From assembly GCA_951406725.2 (NCBI GenBank), contig OX597815.1, positions 53,940,001 through 54,004,000 on the forward strand: a stretch of DNA of 64,000 nucleotides. Reading direction: 5' to 3'. How positions within the stretch are numbered: position 1 is the stretch's first letter; the number at the start of each line of letters is the position of its first letter. A model generated the notes under the pieces. It did no database searches and was not told the origin of the DNA. It saw only the letters and a program-made list of their open reading frames with translations. The position numbers were made by a program, and so were the translations under genes. Positions 1-14,506 of this stretch are shown one piece after another. This DNA is from Octopus vulgaris. Taxonomy: Eukaryota.

Positions 1-2717
1 ACAAAACCAATCGGTAGCCTTACAAAAGTATCAGAAGAATGTGAAAGAATAGTAAATTTAAGACTCGACACAAAGAAAATTGAACATAAAGATTGCTCCC
101 AAGAGAAACAAGTACGAAATAGGCAGAATAAGAATCAAGTGTGTACTAAAATACATCACAAACAGGACAAGAATCAGGAAACAAGTTCATGTTTTGCATG
201 TGGAGGTCTACACCTGAGGAAAAACTCTACATTTAAGAAAGCGGAATGATTCCGTTGTAGTAAAATTGGACACGTAAAAACGAACTGTAAAACCAAGAAT
301 ACAAAAAGGTGGAACAAAGGAAAAACGAATGAACAAGATAAGATCGAAATAAAATGGTAATATAGCAAAGAGGAAATTTGTAAATCTGAAAATTAAAAAT
401 AGAAGATTAAAAATGCAATTAGATACTAGAAGTGACATTACCTTTGTAAATGAAAACACTTGGAAATATATCGTTAAGCCGAAATTAATTAAATCTACAA
501 AAGTCGCACATGGCGTTACGTGCAAAAGATTGTATTTTGTCAGCGAATTTGTGTGTAATGTAACATTTTTTGATCAAATGAAAACGGAAAAAATATATGA
601 GCTAAAAAATTCACTTAATCTATTCGACACAGAGTGGATGTAACTATCCAAATTGTGGATGCGCCTATAAGTGTTTTGTGTGGGAATATATATTCGGTCA
701 AGTTGAAGGGTTTTAGAAGGCATTTTAACATCGGACTTATCGTTAGCACATTTGATCCAAAGTTGATTATTATATTGGATACAGATACAAGTGATTACGG
801 TGTAAGAGCTGATTCTGCACAAATATGACGATTGTAGTAAAAAGGCTATAGCCCATGCGTCACGATCGTTATTACCAGCTATAGTAAGAAAAGGAATTGT
901 TAGCAATCATATTCGGTGTGAAAAATTCCATAGATTTATTCATGGAAGAATTTTCTGTCTACAAACGGATCATCATCCACTACTGTTAATATACGGTTCT
1001 AAAACAGAATACCAGCACACACGTCAAATAGACTACAGCGATGAGGCACTACATTATTGAATTACGACCACAAAATGGAATATTTACCGTCAAAAAATTA
1101 GGGCATGCGGAAGGGTTGTCCATACTGATACCGAAAACTGTGAACCAGTTGAAGATACAGTAATCGTAGCTTTAAGATCAAAAAGAGAAATAAAAACGCA
1201 ATGTAGAATGTGATACGCGAATTACCAATAACTCTAGAAGACATAAAACGGAATGTGGTAAAGGACAAATTCATAACTGAAGGGGAAAGAATACTATTGT
1301 CAAGAAAAGTAAGTAGGAATAGGATTGGTGCGAAATGAAACCAAGACGTGAACCTATACACAATTTGTCATGGCGCGCTGATGTATGGATAGAGAGTAGT
1401 GAAACAGTACAAAAGAAAACGTTGAGGGAATTTCATGTTGGACATCCTGGTATAAAAGCTTAAATGCATAACTACGTGTACTAGCCAAAAATGGATTGGG
1501 AAATTGAAAATTTACTGAAAGGCTGTAGAGGATGTGCTCTAACAGCAGAATTACTCACGATAAAATGTAAACATTGGCCAAAAGTAGATGTTCCGTGGAC
1601 GAGACTACACATCGATTTCCCTGGTCCCTTTAGACGGTTCATACTACTTAACGGTAGATGAGAGTTTTTCCAGATGGCCAAAAATTTGTAAGTGGTAAAA
1701 AACCAGCCTCCTCAACTGTGACACATTTTTTTAAATGAGCTGTTTGCGAGATTTGGCATCCTAGTGTCTGCCAATGAAATGCAATTTGTGTCTTTTGAAT
1801 TTAAAAATCTGTATAAAATGTTTGCAGTAGAACATATAACTACGGCGCCATTTCATCCCAGATCTAACAGACAAGCAGTACGATTTGTCGATACGTTCAA
1901 AATAGCCCTTAGAAAGTTGAATAAGGAAGTCATGGGTGAGATAGCTATATAACAATTTTTAAGAGTATACCGTGTGACACCAAATCCAAATACACCAGCG
2001 GGAATGTAACCAGCGGAGCTGATGTTTGCGAAGAAAGTAAAATCAGCCTTCAACAAATTGCTACCTGGCAAGAAAAGAAGAATTGCAAGGAAAGATACAG
2101 CAAGATTTTGCAAAATTGGTGTAAAGGTAGTTGTGAGGGCATATAAGAACGGTAAACAGAGTTGAGAAGATAGCATGATTACTAAACGCATAGGAAAAAT
2201 GCGTGTATAAGAGACACAAAGGCGTGTATAAGAGACACAACTGAAAAAAAAGATTCGTTGAGAGCGAACCCAAGAGAATGGAAGAATCAATGGAATGGTT
2301 ATATACTTTTCAAGTACCAATGACACTACAGGTAATTGGACCCAGGCGCATAAGTCTAAGAAAAAGAAACTGTACGGAGTTCCTGAAAGTGGTTGCCAAA
2401 CGGAAAAAATATTAAATGCGTAACTAAGAAAAAAACTAAAAAATGGAGGCGGGGTGATATAAAAAGTATTGCGAATAAAGGAAATAAAATGACACTCCCT
2501 AAGAAAAAAATTAAAAATTAAAAGGGGAGATGTGGGAATAATAGTATTGATGGTACACCCCTCCCACGTGACGTGTGGTATATACTAGTCGCTATAAATA
2601 AGGTGACATCGGTCAGTGTCAAGAGAAAGTACGTAGTAGACCGCCATAGATAGTCGTGGTCTTACGTGTCTAATAACTATACTGCTACACCGGAGTGGGC
2701 GTTACAGCAATCCCACA
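1..2717 (+). mobile_element. Degenerate Ty3/Gypsy LTR retrotransposon (3' part; RT domain deleted)
   Basis: Domains in order on +: gag zinc knuckles (CFACGGLH..., RCSKIGHVKTNC, ~190-290); aspartic protease (QLDTRSDIT, ~415); RNase H (FDPKLIIILDTDTSDYGV, IAHASRSL); integrase (FHVGHPG...CRGC, PWTRLHIDFPGP, TTAPFHPRSNRQAVRFVDTFK); then polypurine tract and LTR. Many stops and frameshifts. Confidence 0.9.
2531..2717 (+). repeat. 3' LTR (187 bp) of the Gypsy element
   Basis: Preceded by polypurine tract aaaaggggaga (2520-2530). Starts tgtggga and ends tcccaca (7-bp inverted termini, TG..CA). TATA-like tataaata at 2593-2600. Confidence 0.8.
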
Positions 2718-2734
2718 TAAAGGATTACAGCAGT

Positions 2735-3610
2735 TTTCCTCAATGCACAGATACTTGTAGCATTCTTTGTGTGGTAAGGAGAGACAGTAAGACCATTGAT
2801 GCATAAAGTTTGGGTCTGAGAGACTGATTTCCTCCGTTCAAAAATCAATATTAACAACGATTTTGGCCAAATTCCATTCCCATGTCAGCTGAAAATGTTA
2901 TTAATTCCAGCTGCTTTTGGCATTATTAGCATGTTTAGCATCAATCTTGAGGTCATTTACAAAAAAAGTGAGTTACAGTGATATCTCTAGCAGTTGCAGA
3001 CCATAGCATGTCGCTATGATTTGTGTAGCTGTTATGATAATGGGTTTAATGCCAAAATTAACAGGATTACAGAAATACTATCTTCTTGGAATATCCCCTT
3101 TAAACTATTTATAACATTGGTAACGATCGTTCCGCTCTCAGCTCTAAGCGTAAGAATTGTTTACCACGTCTTTGTGAGCCTCTCGATGACAGCAATTAAG
3201 GTGGCAAGCACTTTCGCCAAATGTAGACACTTCAGCAGCCATGGGTGAGGAACAGAGTTGAATGCTTTCCTATAATCAAGCCATAACGTCAAAAGTTCCC
3301 TACGGTATTTTTTCACTTCACATATTGTAGCTTTGTTCATCAAATGTTGTTCGGCAATCCCCACATTCCCTTCTTTCTTCTTACATGTTCATCAATCACT
3401 ACGTTGTTGCACTCGCAATGATCCTGGAGGAATTAGTTGCAGCATCTTGTGTACAGCTTGTACTTAAGGTTTGGGCAAGAAATGGAGTGATAGTTTTCTG
3501 CCAACTAGTTGTTTTCATTTTTGGCTACAAGAATTGTTTCTGCTATAGCAAACCAATTTGGTATATCAACCTAACCTCTCATACACATATTAGAAATTTT
3601 CTGTAAAATC
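2735..3610 (-). mobile_element. R4/Dong-like (RLE-type) non-LTR retrotransposon RT remnant
   Basis: Minus-strand motifs WLDYRKAFNSVPHPWL, GIFQEDSISVILLILALNPLS, FVNDLK, FGQNRC and YKYL; disrupted. Confidence 0.75.
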
Positions 3611-3640
3611 TCAGCCTCATGTACTAATATTCACCTGTTT

Positions 3641-3795
3641 TGTATGTATGTATGTATGTATGTATGTATGTATGTATGTATGTATGTATGTATGTATGTA
3701 TGTATGTATGTATGTTTCTGTATGCATGTATGTGTGAATGTATGTATGTATGTATGTGTGTGTGTATGTATGTATGTATGTATGTATGTATGTAT
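3641..3795. repeat. (TATG)n microsatellite
   Basis: Tandem tatg units seen directly. Confidence 0.95.
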
Positions 3796-6700
3796 ATAAC
3801 CAAAAGAAAAGCATATTGGTAACACTTTTACCAATATTTCTAACTAGCTCACGGAAGAATTTCTTCGTGATTAGTCCCCCAGCAAGCAAATTCTCTGTAG
3901 TCTTACACCGTGCTGGGTTAAAAGGAGGAAGAACATAGGCGAATATACGCCTTGATAAACTATGCTGGACAAAATATTGGACATCTACAGCTATCAAGAT
4001 TTATTCAGAGGTCTTTTAGATCAATGCTGTTCAGGGATTAAACAATAATCATGCAAATATTATTGGGAATATCTTCTGAAATTGCATTACTATATTTACA
4101 GTCAAATATTTTGCCATGTCGTGTCTTGAACTTAAGATGCTCAGGCCCGAAACTATAAACGAGAAAGAATGATGACTGTTTTTGTTGAATAAGTGATTAT
4201 TACCGGGAATCAGTATTTAGATGAAAATAAAACAATAAATACGACAAAGATAATAATTTAACACGAAACATCATCCATCTTCGAACATTACTCTAATAAT
4301 AACGTCAATACAGACAAAAATAAACATTGTTGATTACTAACTCTGATCTGTATGTATTTAACATGCAGATGTAAACAATCTGTTTACTCAGTTATAAGTA
4401 TTCTAAAGATCAACTCTGAGGGATGAGAGTTTTTAAATATTATTTGCAATTAGTTTTGCGAATACTATATGTTGCGAGTATGGGGCAAATATCATCTTCA
4501 ATTTTATACATTGATGAGTTTCGTTCGAATATATTTATACCTATGTATCCATGCACATGCACACAATGAAACGCGCAGGTGCGCATGCACACACATACAA
4601 ACACACACACACATAAACGCACACACTTGCCCATTTCTAATTGAATTTGCTTAAGAGTGCTAGACAATTGTTTGAACTAATTTATCAAAGTATGTAGACT
4701 ATATTCCTGGTATTTTCTTCAAAAGTGCATAGGCTTTTAACGTTAACAGTCTTGTCTGCACTATCACGATCAGTTCTTAATTGCAGTTGTATTGAGCAAC
4801 ATGCGTCTATGACAACCATGTCCTACCGTTGCTTGGCAAAATGATCAAGGAAAACTATCCACATATTATGAACGACTTTCACAGAAGTATCTGAAATCTC
4901 ATAGACATATCGATCCATTTTTACCAAAATATTGCATGCAAAAAGCTAGCGAAACACTTGTGAAACTTTAATAGTCTTGACATAAGCAAGATGGGGAGAA
5001 TGAATGTGAAATCAATGCCAATAGCAATTGGATTATTATATATGATAAAGTAGAAAGTGAACAAAAAGATAAAAACCATATCAGGTCTCACAAGTTATAC
5101 CTATTTCAAACGACAGCCCGGTTAGATACTTTACTTTTCCTGTGCAAGACTTGTTTAAAATAATAGCAAATATTTAACATTATAAAATGTACACATACTC
5201 TATACTAACAACCCAATAAAGATAAAATACCCCAAACAGTACACATTGTATAGAATCATGACTAGAAATATAATTTAACATATACTAAACACAATAGGCA
5301 CCCAATAAAATAGCACAATATAGCCTTACATAATCGATAACAGACACTATTACACCAACAGCTCACATTCTCAGTAGTTGTACTCATTTGTGTTACAGCA
5401 CATAGACTACATAGTATTTACAACAACCACGTAATAAAAAAACAAACGCATATGCTAACAATCACAGTACATATGAATGATAAACACCTTCCAACAAAAT
5501 AATGCCATTGTCTTTGTGTATTCTCAAAACAACAGAAGAGACTCTATTTTAATTGACATCTCGTGAAATTATTTTATATGACTATATACACACTCTTCAC
5601 ACCGTCCATGCTCTGATTGATCACCTGATACCGATCCTGCTAATAATATTAGGGATGATGATGATGACGACGACGATGATGATGGCGACGACGACAGCAA
5701 TCATGATGATGTTTCTGAGGATGGTTTGCTAATAAATATGTATGAGTATTGATTGTAATTTGATTCCAGATTAGATCTGATCGAAACGCATGACATCTAA
5801 AAGAAAAATCATTCTGACCTTGGTCAGCTAATGCTTTGTATGTGTTTAGGACTACATTGCTGGATGTGTCCTCTAATTGTAATATGTCAAGTTATTAAAG
5901 GTATTTAGCGGATTGTTTTGTCATGTTAAGCAACCGTGTAGATGACACCTTGTTGGTTTGTATGATAAATATGTTGCAATTTCAGGTGAATAAGCGATTT
6001 ATGCTTGACTCACATGAAATAAAACTCACATGAAGAAAAACTCTACTTTCCTTATATTACGTATAAGTTGACTTGCGGTGGTTAAAATACAGAATGCACC
6101 AAATATAGTTTGACTTTCGAATAACTTGTAAGAGTAATATTTGACCATATCTAATAATTTATACTTTATCAATCTCATATTAGAGTAAAATCTTTTTTCT
6201 TTGTCTCTGTCTCAACACGACATTTTTCAGAATATAAATTGTATAACAGTTATTTGATACAAATTTTTCTAGAATATTTGCTTAAATTATCTATTACACT
6301 TAATTATTATTCACGAATTTATATTGTCATGATGATGTAATATCAAATATTTTGCATTCAAAATTTGTGATGTATCTTGATAATGGAATATAATTCAAAT
6401 TAGCAAAATTGTATTTAGAAGAATAAAAGAAGCAAGAAATTATGATACAATGAATATTTCAAAGATTTTGACAAGGAACGAAAAAGTGAGAAGAAGAAAC
6501 AAAACAGAATCCTATCATGTAAATATAACACTGCTGCTTATCAGGAGTATTGAGTCCGGAAATGTTGGGACTGAACTAACTCCCATTACGAAATATTGTT
6601 TATTTTCCACAGCACACTAACTCTACTAAGAGTTATAAATTGATAAAAAGCTTCACACTTCATGAGTAGAATAGTTGGCTTGCTGTCGGAAAGAGAAAAC

Positions 6701-6959
6701 AAAATTCACTATAAAACATTTCGTCTTCTAAATCTCAATTCTAGATGTCAACAATGTAAATATATTTTGATTATTAGAAACATTCAAGGCAGCGAGCTGA
6801 CAGGCTCGTTACCAGCAGGCGCACAACTGAAAGAGACCCTTAAGTTGTGTCTATTGAATAAAAGTCATTACCTGTGGGATTGCTTGAAATTCTTGTCCAC
6901 TACTCTGAGGAATATCCTTCTCACGCAGGTCTTGACGTTGAGTGAGAAAAATGGTTGCC

Positions 6960-7780
6960 AAAACCTCGTTGTAGTAGGTGGCTGCAGCACTAAAAAGTTC
7001 TTTCTTTTTTCGAAATCCTCTTACTAATACCCTTCACTAGGCCCTTAAACATAAAAGATATTTGGTTTGCTGTAGGGTCTGTATGAAGAGGTACAAGAAT
7101 CTAGCGTAACAAGTAAAAAGTTAACTATGGTAAGAGTGGTCTCAATTGTAACATTAAGAGCAGGAAGATAAACGTGCGAATAAGATCTTTCTTAAGCCTA
7201 TCTATGGTGTACTCGTTTGCACCTCTAGAGATGGCTAAAGTCTCATCTCTGTATAGACCAAAAATATGATGGAACCTCTTCATTAATGCCTCCAGTATAT
7301 ATAATTCTATGAGGTCACAGATATCCGCGCTGTCGAATGCTCGCATCGCCACATCAAAGAAGCCTATTGGGATAGTTTATTTGGACAATGCCGAACCTTT
7401 ATTGAACGGCAACATTTTCCTAACCTGTAAAATTACATCTATATCTTTATCGCTATCGTGAGTAAATTCCCTATCAAACTAGTTATCCGTTCGATATGGA
7501 CGGATAAAAATCTATTATATCAAATTGGGTGAACCTTGCCCTGCCTATACACCGGTTTGCTTTAAACTATGAAATAATCTCGTTTGTATACGAGATAAGG
7601 AGAGACTAGATGCTCTCTTTATGTCATTATTAGTCTTTCTCAGATTATGGTTGCTCGCCAACCAAATTCCCGATTTAGCTCGGTTACTCAGGCGGCACTT
7701 GAGGTTCGAGGCGATGTTCGGCTTCTGATCTTTGATGGTGATAAAGGCATTTCTCTTAGCTAAATGCTATCACCCTGTTG
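6960..7780 (-). mobile_element. Degenerate Penelope-like element RT, same group as the 62801-64000 ORF
   Basis: Minus-strand motifs NAFITIKDQKPN..KCRL, FTQFDIIDFYPSI, AFDSADICDLIELYIL, GLYRDETL..IDRLKKDLI, RPYSKPN and FSAAATYYN. The last four are collinear with the ORF at the window end. Confidence 0.8.
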
Positions 7781-10700
7781 GTTATCACTAGATTCCTGAC
7801 TAATATTTGGGCTTCGTTGCTTATACTACATTGTTAGCTCCAGTAGTATATAAGTTATGCACCGAGTTGAGTGGTGCCTACAGTTGAGGCTACGGAATTA
7901 ACCGAAACTGACCGATCAATATAAGGAAGTTCTGACATTTCGGCGATTAGAGTCCCTGTCAGTACATATGTTTAGGATTATGTACCTTAGACCTTTTTAT
8001 CTCTTCTCTCAAGCAAGGTAGGTGTTCCTAACACCCTAGTCAAATTTAGAGACAATTATAGTTTTTTCCATTTGGTAAAACATTGCACACAGCTGTCTAT
8101 GTCAATGTTATATATATATATAAATATATATATATGGTGGATTTGCGTTACTTAAAAAACCATCTTGATTGATAAATGCCTTGGTAAATGATTAGAAAAA
8201 CAGATTACAATTAAGTAGAGACACAAAGGTATCTGTTGCTTTCATAATTTTTATTTTAATGGCGACTGGGCGATGAGCTTGCATGAATCTAAATGTTTCA
8301 AGCAGTGTCTTTCACCTGTATAGCCGCAATACAGCTTCATCTGAATCACTGTGGCTGAAGTAAATCGAGGATATAAACAAGTGAATGATATCGGCAATTT
8401 TCTTAGCTATCTCAAATGGATCAAAGATCAATCATGATTTCTGACATAGGTAAGTGGATGCAGCTGCAACCAGTTAGCTGGTTGTAACTTTCAGGGGCTT
8501 TGAAGCCTATAAAATATTTGAGAAGGCAGTAAGTGCTTATATTGACTAAGTGAATTATGTTATCAGATTTTAAGTCCTACAAAGTCATCAAGGGAGCTGA
8601 TGTGACAGCAAGGTAATAGTTGAGTTTAGAGGCAACAAAGTTGTTAAGAGTATTCAGAATTTCGGTACAAAGGTTAGAGCTATACATAGACACGAAGAGG
8701 AACGTATGTAGATATTTCAGAAAAGTAAATGATTCGTTCTCTGTACCAGACGTATCGGTGTGAGAAGTGTGTGAAATTTAAGATATTTGTCTGCATTGAA
8801 GCTATTGAGGATAATAGCTTCAGAGACGTCAGTTGAGGTAAATGTTCTCTATGTAGGTAACAGGGAAACTGATGACATTTTGAAAAATTCGTAGAGCGGT
8901 TGATACAACAATTTAATTTAGATGAACTGGTAAGAGAAATCTGTGGTAGATTAACTAGATATCGTTGATACTAACATCCATGTATGACATGTAAATGACT
9001 TTAACATTGGGAAAAATTAATATATACAAAGTAAGTTGGACAGCAGATATTGCTTAGAGATAGGTAGTAAATTATCCTCCAGAGTGAAACAAAACATAGT
9101 GCTTGTGTAGTAGTAACAAGTTAGTAGTTAAATGTTTTAACCAAATCCAGAAAAACTATTTGTCTATTTAAATTAATTTGGAACTTTTGCATGAGTCTCT
9201 GAAACAGGTTTTAAAGAAAACTTTTTTTCAGAAAATGGAAGCCTAAAAGAAACCTCAGAATTTGCGACTGAACTTTGTAGTCATCCATACAGGCATACAT
9301 TTCAGGATAAATGACCAGTGACATCAGACAGGATTTTAGAAATCCAGAAAAGAAAATAATGGAGTAAAATCATAGGAGATTATATGGCAAGATGATAGTC
9401 TCTTTAGGTGATACTTACTAGTTCTGACCCTCTTACGTTCTATAGGTTAGCTTCAGCTAATAAAAACTTTCCGTATTTGTACTTTATGACGTTCAATGGA
9501 TATAACTGGAGGGAGAGTGATACGTATAATTCTTAGTCATAAATCGGTGGTACGGCTTGAATGTTTGCAACGCAACTGTTCTCGGAGGCCAGAAAGTGAC
9601 GTTAAGCGGGTGGCAGTGAGGACCTACAACATATGCACCACAGCGCTCTGTAAAAAAAAATAGATTTTTTTAAAATGTCAATATAGAAGAGACAACTAAA
9701 AACATATCTGGAAGCCATTTGGACATAATTTAAGTATTTACGCCTAATATTGTTAGTTGTAGTAACTAGATAGCTGATAATGTACGTTACAGTAACTTCT
9801 AACAAACAACGATGGTTTAATAATATTTAGTACGTTTTGAATACTCCCTGAATGAGGATATTTCTAACTAAAAGATGATTCGTATTTAAAATCCACTGAA
9901 ACCTCATCAAATAATTCCACACATCGTTAATGACCTTGAGATTTTATTTAAGACATTTGTTTGTTTTTGTTTCCCAATACTTTTATTTTCTAAGATATCT
10001 TTTACTATGTACATAAACAAGCAAGATTATAGTATTATGTCAACAGCAAAAACAACATATTAATTTTATTAAAAAATCTAAATTATTTTCTTTTTACGAG
10101 CTGTTCTATTTCAAAAGACTTTCAATACGATAATCATGTAAGCTGCTTCTATTATTTTCAAGCTTCAGTTGTTTCAATTATTTAGTTCACAATGAAAATA
10201 ATGATATTGAATGTACAATAAATCCATTCAGGTTTTTGTTTTGTTTTGGTTTATATTAGAAATCATATCTTTTTGCAACTAGAAATAAATTTTATTCATT
10301 TGTTCGTATAAATAGGCATATACAAACATTTTCCAAATGCATGCGAACATTTGTGTTCTGTATTATATTGTAACCATAAATCTTTACTCCTTAATTTTCG
10401 CTATCTTAAGCTTCATATGTTCTAAAAACACACATTATTTTATTTTGTATATTCTTTCAACCTGTCATACGACATATTTAGCCATACAGCTGAACATTGT
10501 ATTAAATGAAATACTGAGTCGTTGCTTTAAAGATTTGCAATTCTCTGTCTTTATTTCCCTGTCCACAATTTATATGCATTCAAAGTGCAAAGATTTATAT
10601 TCAATCTCAACTAATATCCTGCATTCAAGTTTTAGATAATCTGGTTAGATGATATACAAATATGTACTGATTATCCTCTCCTAGTTAGATGCTAAATTTT

Positions 10701-12433
10701 TTTAGAGGCGGTTAGCTAAAAGACGCAGATAAAGAAGAGAAACTATATCTGGTTTTGTGGTTCATACCCACACAAATTACTTTAATGAAGTAAATAAAAA
10801 TAGCTTGACTCAGTTTGGTCTGAAGTCAAACCGAGCATTTTCTGGCAGACTTTTTGTTGCCGAACTTGATTCAAATCTTTTTATGTCAAATTGTTCAGTT
10901 GTTTCCGCATATAACACGGCTGATGCAACTCTAAACACGTCTGATATTCAGACAAGTTTGTAATAGAATTACATTTTCACTAATTTGGTCTGCTATTAGC
11001 TATTAGTGATGTTTACAATTTACTCCATAATTAAGAAAATCGTTAGAAGCAATTACAGTTCTCGATTTCAACAGATAGGTGCTGAAATCTATTTACACGT
11101 AACTCTAAAGAGGCGTGTGTAATTGAACAGAAATTGTTTTAAATTTCGACAAGTATTATACCATAATTTATTTAGTTAATTAACTATACGTTAGAATAGT
11201 TTTGTATTTCACTTGGTCTTTTCTTCCTAATCAAATAACTTTTCCTAAAATTCAATCTTCCACCATATCGAAATTTCCAGTCATTTGAAAACTTCAGGAT
11301 TGATATTATGTTCTCTTAAGAACAGTAATGTATAGAACAATTAAAGAAGAGATATAGCAGCTATCGATACAGCAAATTAATATCACTGCTGATTAGTACT
11401 ACTATTATACGATCCCAGATAGTGAATATATTTAAACATTTAATTTTCCTATATAGGAATTTGTAAATAATATCAGAAGTAGAACAATCACTGAATTACT
11501 ACAAGTCTGATGATGTAACAGACAAGAAAACGTTTGTGGCTCTGAAAGTTGTTAGAAGAGCACCAGCAGATGGTTGCCGATATTGATATCTTTCTGAGGT
11601 GAAAACTTATTCATGTACACAAACAGATGCATACATGTATACTGTTGACCTCAACTCGATTTCGAGCATAACTATTTTCTTATTGCAAAATATTATACCT
11701 ATAAGAAGTTTGATAGCTTTTGCCATGCTTTATCAGATGGCTACTCAGCATTGATTTAGTTCAAAATGGATTTTCGGCATAGTAGCACATGAAGACAATT
11801 TTGGACATATAAGTACTGCGCTGATGGAGCTGTTGTAGCTATATGAATATAAATCTTCTAGGTGTAATGCGGCCACAAACAGTACAGGAGGGATGATCTT
11901 TGGGCCCACAGTACGAAATAACTTTAAAAGTCTGCAGTTTATGGACTTTACATTTTTTCTATTTCATTTGCAATTTGATTTTTCTTAAATTGCAGGCTGC
12001 ACTTCTACTATTTATCTTTGTTAGTGTGAGATGTTCCCAATGAGCAGTACTGCTATTCAAGAACTTAAGGTTATTTTGTGGCTTATGCTAGGAACACTTA
12101 CCAAGAGTGATGCTCTTATGACGGCTTGACATGCCAACATTTCGAAATCACTATTAATATGTCAACCAATGGGATCAAAGCAGGGGAATTTTCAATATAT
12201 ACAACGCTATGTTATAACTATCATAATCAACATAAGTGAAAACAAAAGCAGAAAATGTATAGGTGGCCAAAGTGAGAACAGGTCCAAGTCAATGTGCAGC
12301 AATTTGACACACACACACATGAAAAAAGTAAATAGATGCTCCATAAAATATTGTTTTATGTTTATTTTAACTTGAAAAGTTTTATATTTTTATTGACATT
12401 TTTGCTTCAGAATCTATATGTGACTGCTTCATC

Positions 12434-13410
12434 ATGCCACATACAAAAGAAGCCTTGGAATTGTCCGAAATATTGTGGGCCAATCTCAATGTGGACAGAG
12501 TAAAATCGCAGAAATCCTTGGGATCCTGCTTTCTTAAGTTAACAGGGGGATTGTGCAATTCCTCAGAGAGCTGATGGTGTCCACATCCTCTTGCACAGGT
12601 AGGCCAGAGACCTCTGACAGGACTCTTTACTTCGTTAATGGGAAAATCCTCATTGCAAAGCCTCTGACATAGCAGATCAAGTTGATGTCAGTCCCAGAGC
12701 AGCTGTCACGTATCTCCACAAACTTGGCTACTATGGCAGAGCAACAAGAAGGAAGTCACTTCTTCGACTAGCCAATATCTAGCGGAGAAACGAATGAGCC
12801 AGTGAGATGGTGGGGAGGCCACTAACATTTTGTGATACAGTCATATTCTCTGATGACTCCAGATTTGCTCTATTTTCTGACAGGGGTCGAGTGTGGGTCT
12901 AGAGACTCTGTGATCAAGAATTTGACATGAAGAGATTGCAGCCAACAATGAAACACAGCAGCTATTCTGTGATGTTTGGGGAGCAATTTGGAGCAATGGC
13001 CAATCAGAGCTGGTGGAGTGTGAAGGAAACATAAACTCAGATAAATATTGCAGAAAGTACTCCTTCCAATCTTCTACAGTGGTGAAATGGTTAAAGAAGA
13101 CTCTTTATTTATAGATGTGATTCCTTGACACATGGTTATAATGAATAAAATTGGTTGGAAGAGAACGGTATTAAAAAACTTCCATAGTCAAGCCACTCAC
13201 CAGATATGAAATTTATTGAACACCTCTAGAGCATAATGGACAGAACACTTCATAAAACAGAAAATAAATCATCCTCAAAGTTAGTTTGTTTTTAGACTAC
13301 TCCATGGAATTTGGCAAGAAATTCCTCAAGAGAAAATTCGTCATCTCTTATCAGTAACATACCTTATACGGTTCTTGCATTGAAAAATGAGAAGGCATGT
13401 CTAGTAAATA
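12434..13410 (+). pseudogene. Tc1-family DDE transposase remnant
   Basis: YLHKLGYYGRATRRKSLL, VIFSDDSRF, LQPTMKH..SVM/VWGAIW, EGNINSDKY, SPDMKFIEHL; stops and frameshifts; TIRs not clearly resolved. Confidence 0.85.
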
Positions 13411-13419
13411 AGAGGTTCT

Positions 13420-13649
13420 TTTATCCCTTTATTTATTTCAGTCATTTGATTACGGCCACGCTGGAGCATCGTCTTTAGTTGAACAGATCGACCCCCTAGG
13501 ACTTATTCTTTGTAAGCCTAGTGCTAATTCTATCGGTCTCTTTTGCCGAACCGCTAAGTTACCGGGACGTAAACACACCAACATCGGTTGTCAATCGGTG
13601 GGGAGGGACAAACACAGACACACAAACGTGTACATGCATACACACACAC

Positions 13650-13691
<42 letters not shown>

Positions 13692-13789
13692 GACGGTCCA
13701 AGGCTATCGTAGAAGGCACTTGTTTAAGGTGCTGAATCCGAAACCATGTGGTTGGGAAGCAGGCGTCTTACCACACAGCCGCGCCTGCG
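13420..13789 (-). mobile_element. tRNA-derived SINE family A copy (internal TA/CA microsatellite)
   Basis: Reverse-complement match to 50845-51240 (ggctgtgtggtaag head; ttagcggttcggcaaaagagaccgatag...ctccagc..ggcc tail). Confidence 0.85.
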
Positions 13790-13910
13790 TAATAATTAAT
13801 AAATATTTTGAATGTTTAATTTCAGATTTAAATAAATTTTAACGATTATAAAGGTGTTTATTTCTTTCTGTCATGTCCGTGTGTGTATGTATGTATGTAT
13901 GTATGTATGC

Positions 13911-13967
<57 letters not shown>

Positions 13968-14002
13968 CGTGTGTATTTTTCTCTTGTTTACAATTAGCAT
14001 AG

Positions 14003-14068
14003 TGATTGTGCAATTCCTCAGAGAGGTTGAAGGAGTCCACATCACCTTACACAGGTTGGCCAGAGTTA
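14003..14068 (+). repeat. Short copy related to the 5' part of the Tc1 remnant
   Basis: ttgtgcaattcctcagagag..gtccacatc..cacagg..ggccagag also occurs at ~12551-12609. Confidence 0.6.
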
Positions 14069-14433
14069 TGGGAGTTTTATTTCTTCATTTCCCTGAAGAT
14101 AGGCTTACTTTGTTTTACACCATTTTATTCCTTTGGAATAATATTAATGATATCTTCGAAACATGTGTTGAATGTAAAAGAATTTGAATAACACCTATAT
14201 AATATACAAGAACATTAATCATCACATCAAAATGGCAGTTCCACGTTTTTACTTGTTCAACCTCAGACAGATCTTACGTCAGCTGATTATCAGTGCGGCA
14301 CTGCATCGATAACTAGTTTGTGTAATATCTGCCTACTAGTAGTAATGTGGAATAGCAACTTTGATGTGGGTTTACTTGTTATTATATTTACTACTCTGAT
14401 CTCTTCTTGAAATTCACAACTAGCTACTTTGCT

Positions 14434-14506
<73 letters not shown>

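Noticed and set aside
2201-2240. Tandem gcgtgtataagagacacaa resembling the Tn5/Nextera mosaic end (adapter contamination)
   Set aside because: Lacks the AGAT start and the final G, and fits the Gypsy integrase C-terminal VYKRH..QLKKR motif; better explained as a local 21-bp duplication.
8200-9460. Possible ancient LTR/Copia-like coding remnant
   Set aside because: Coding-like composition, but no motif could be read with confidence; BLASTX would be needed.
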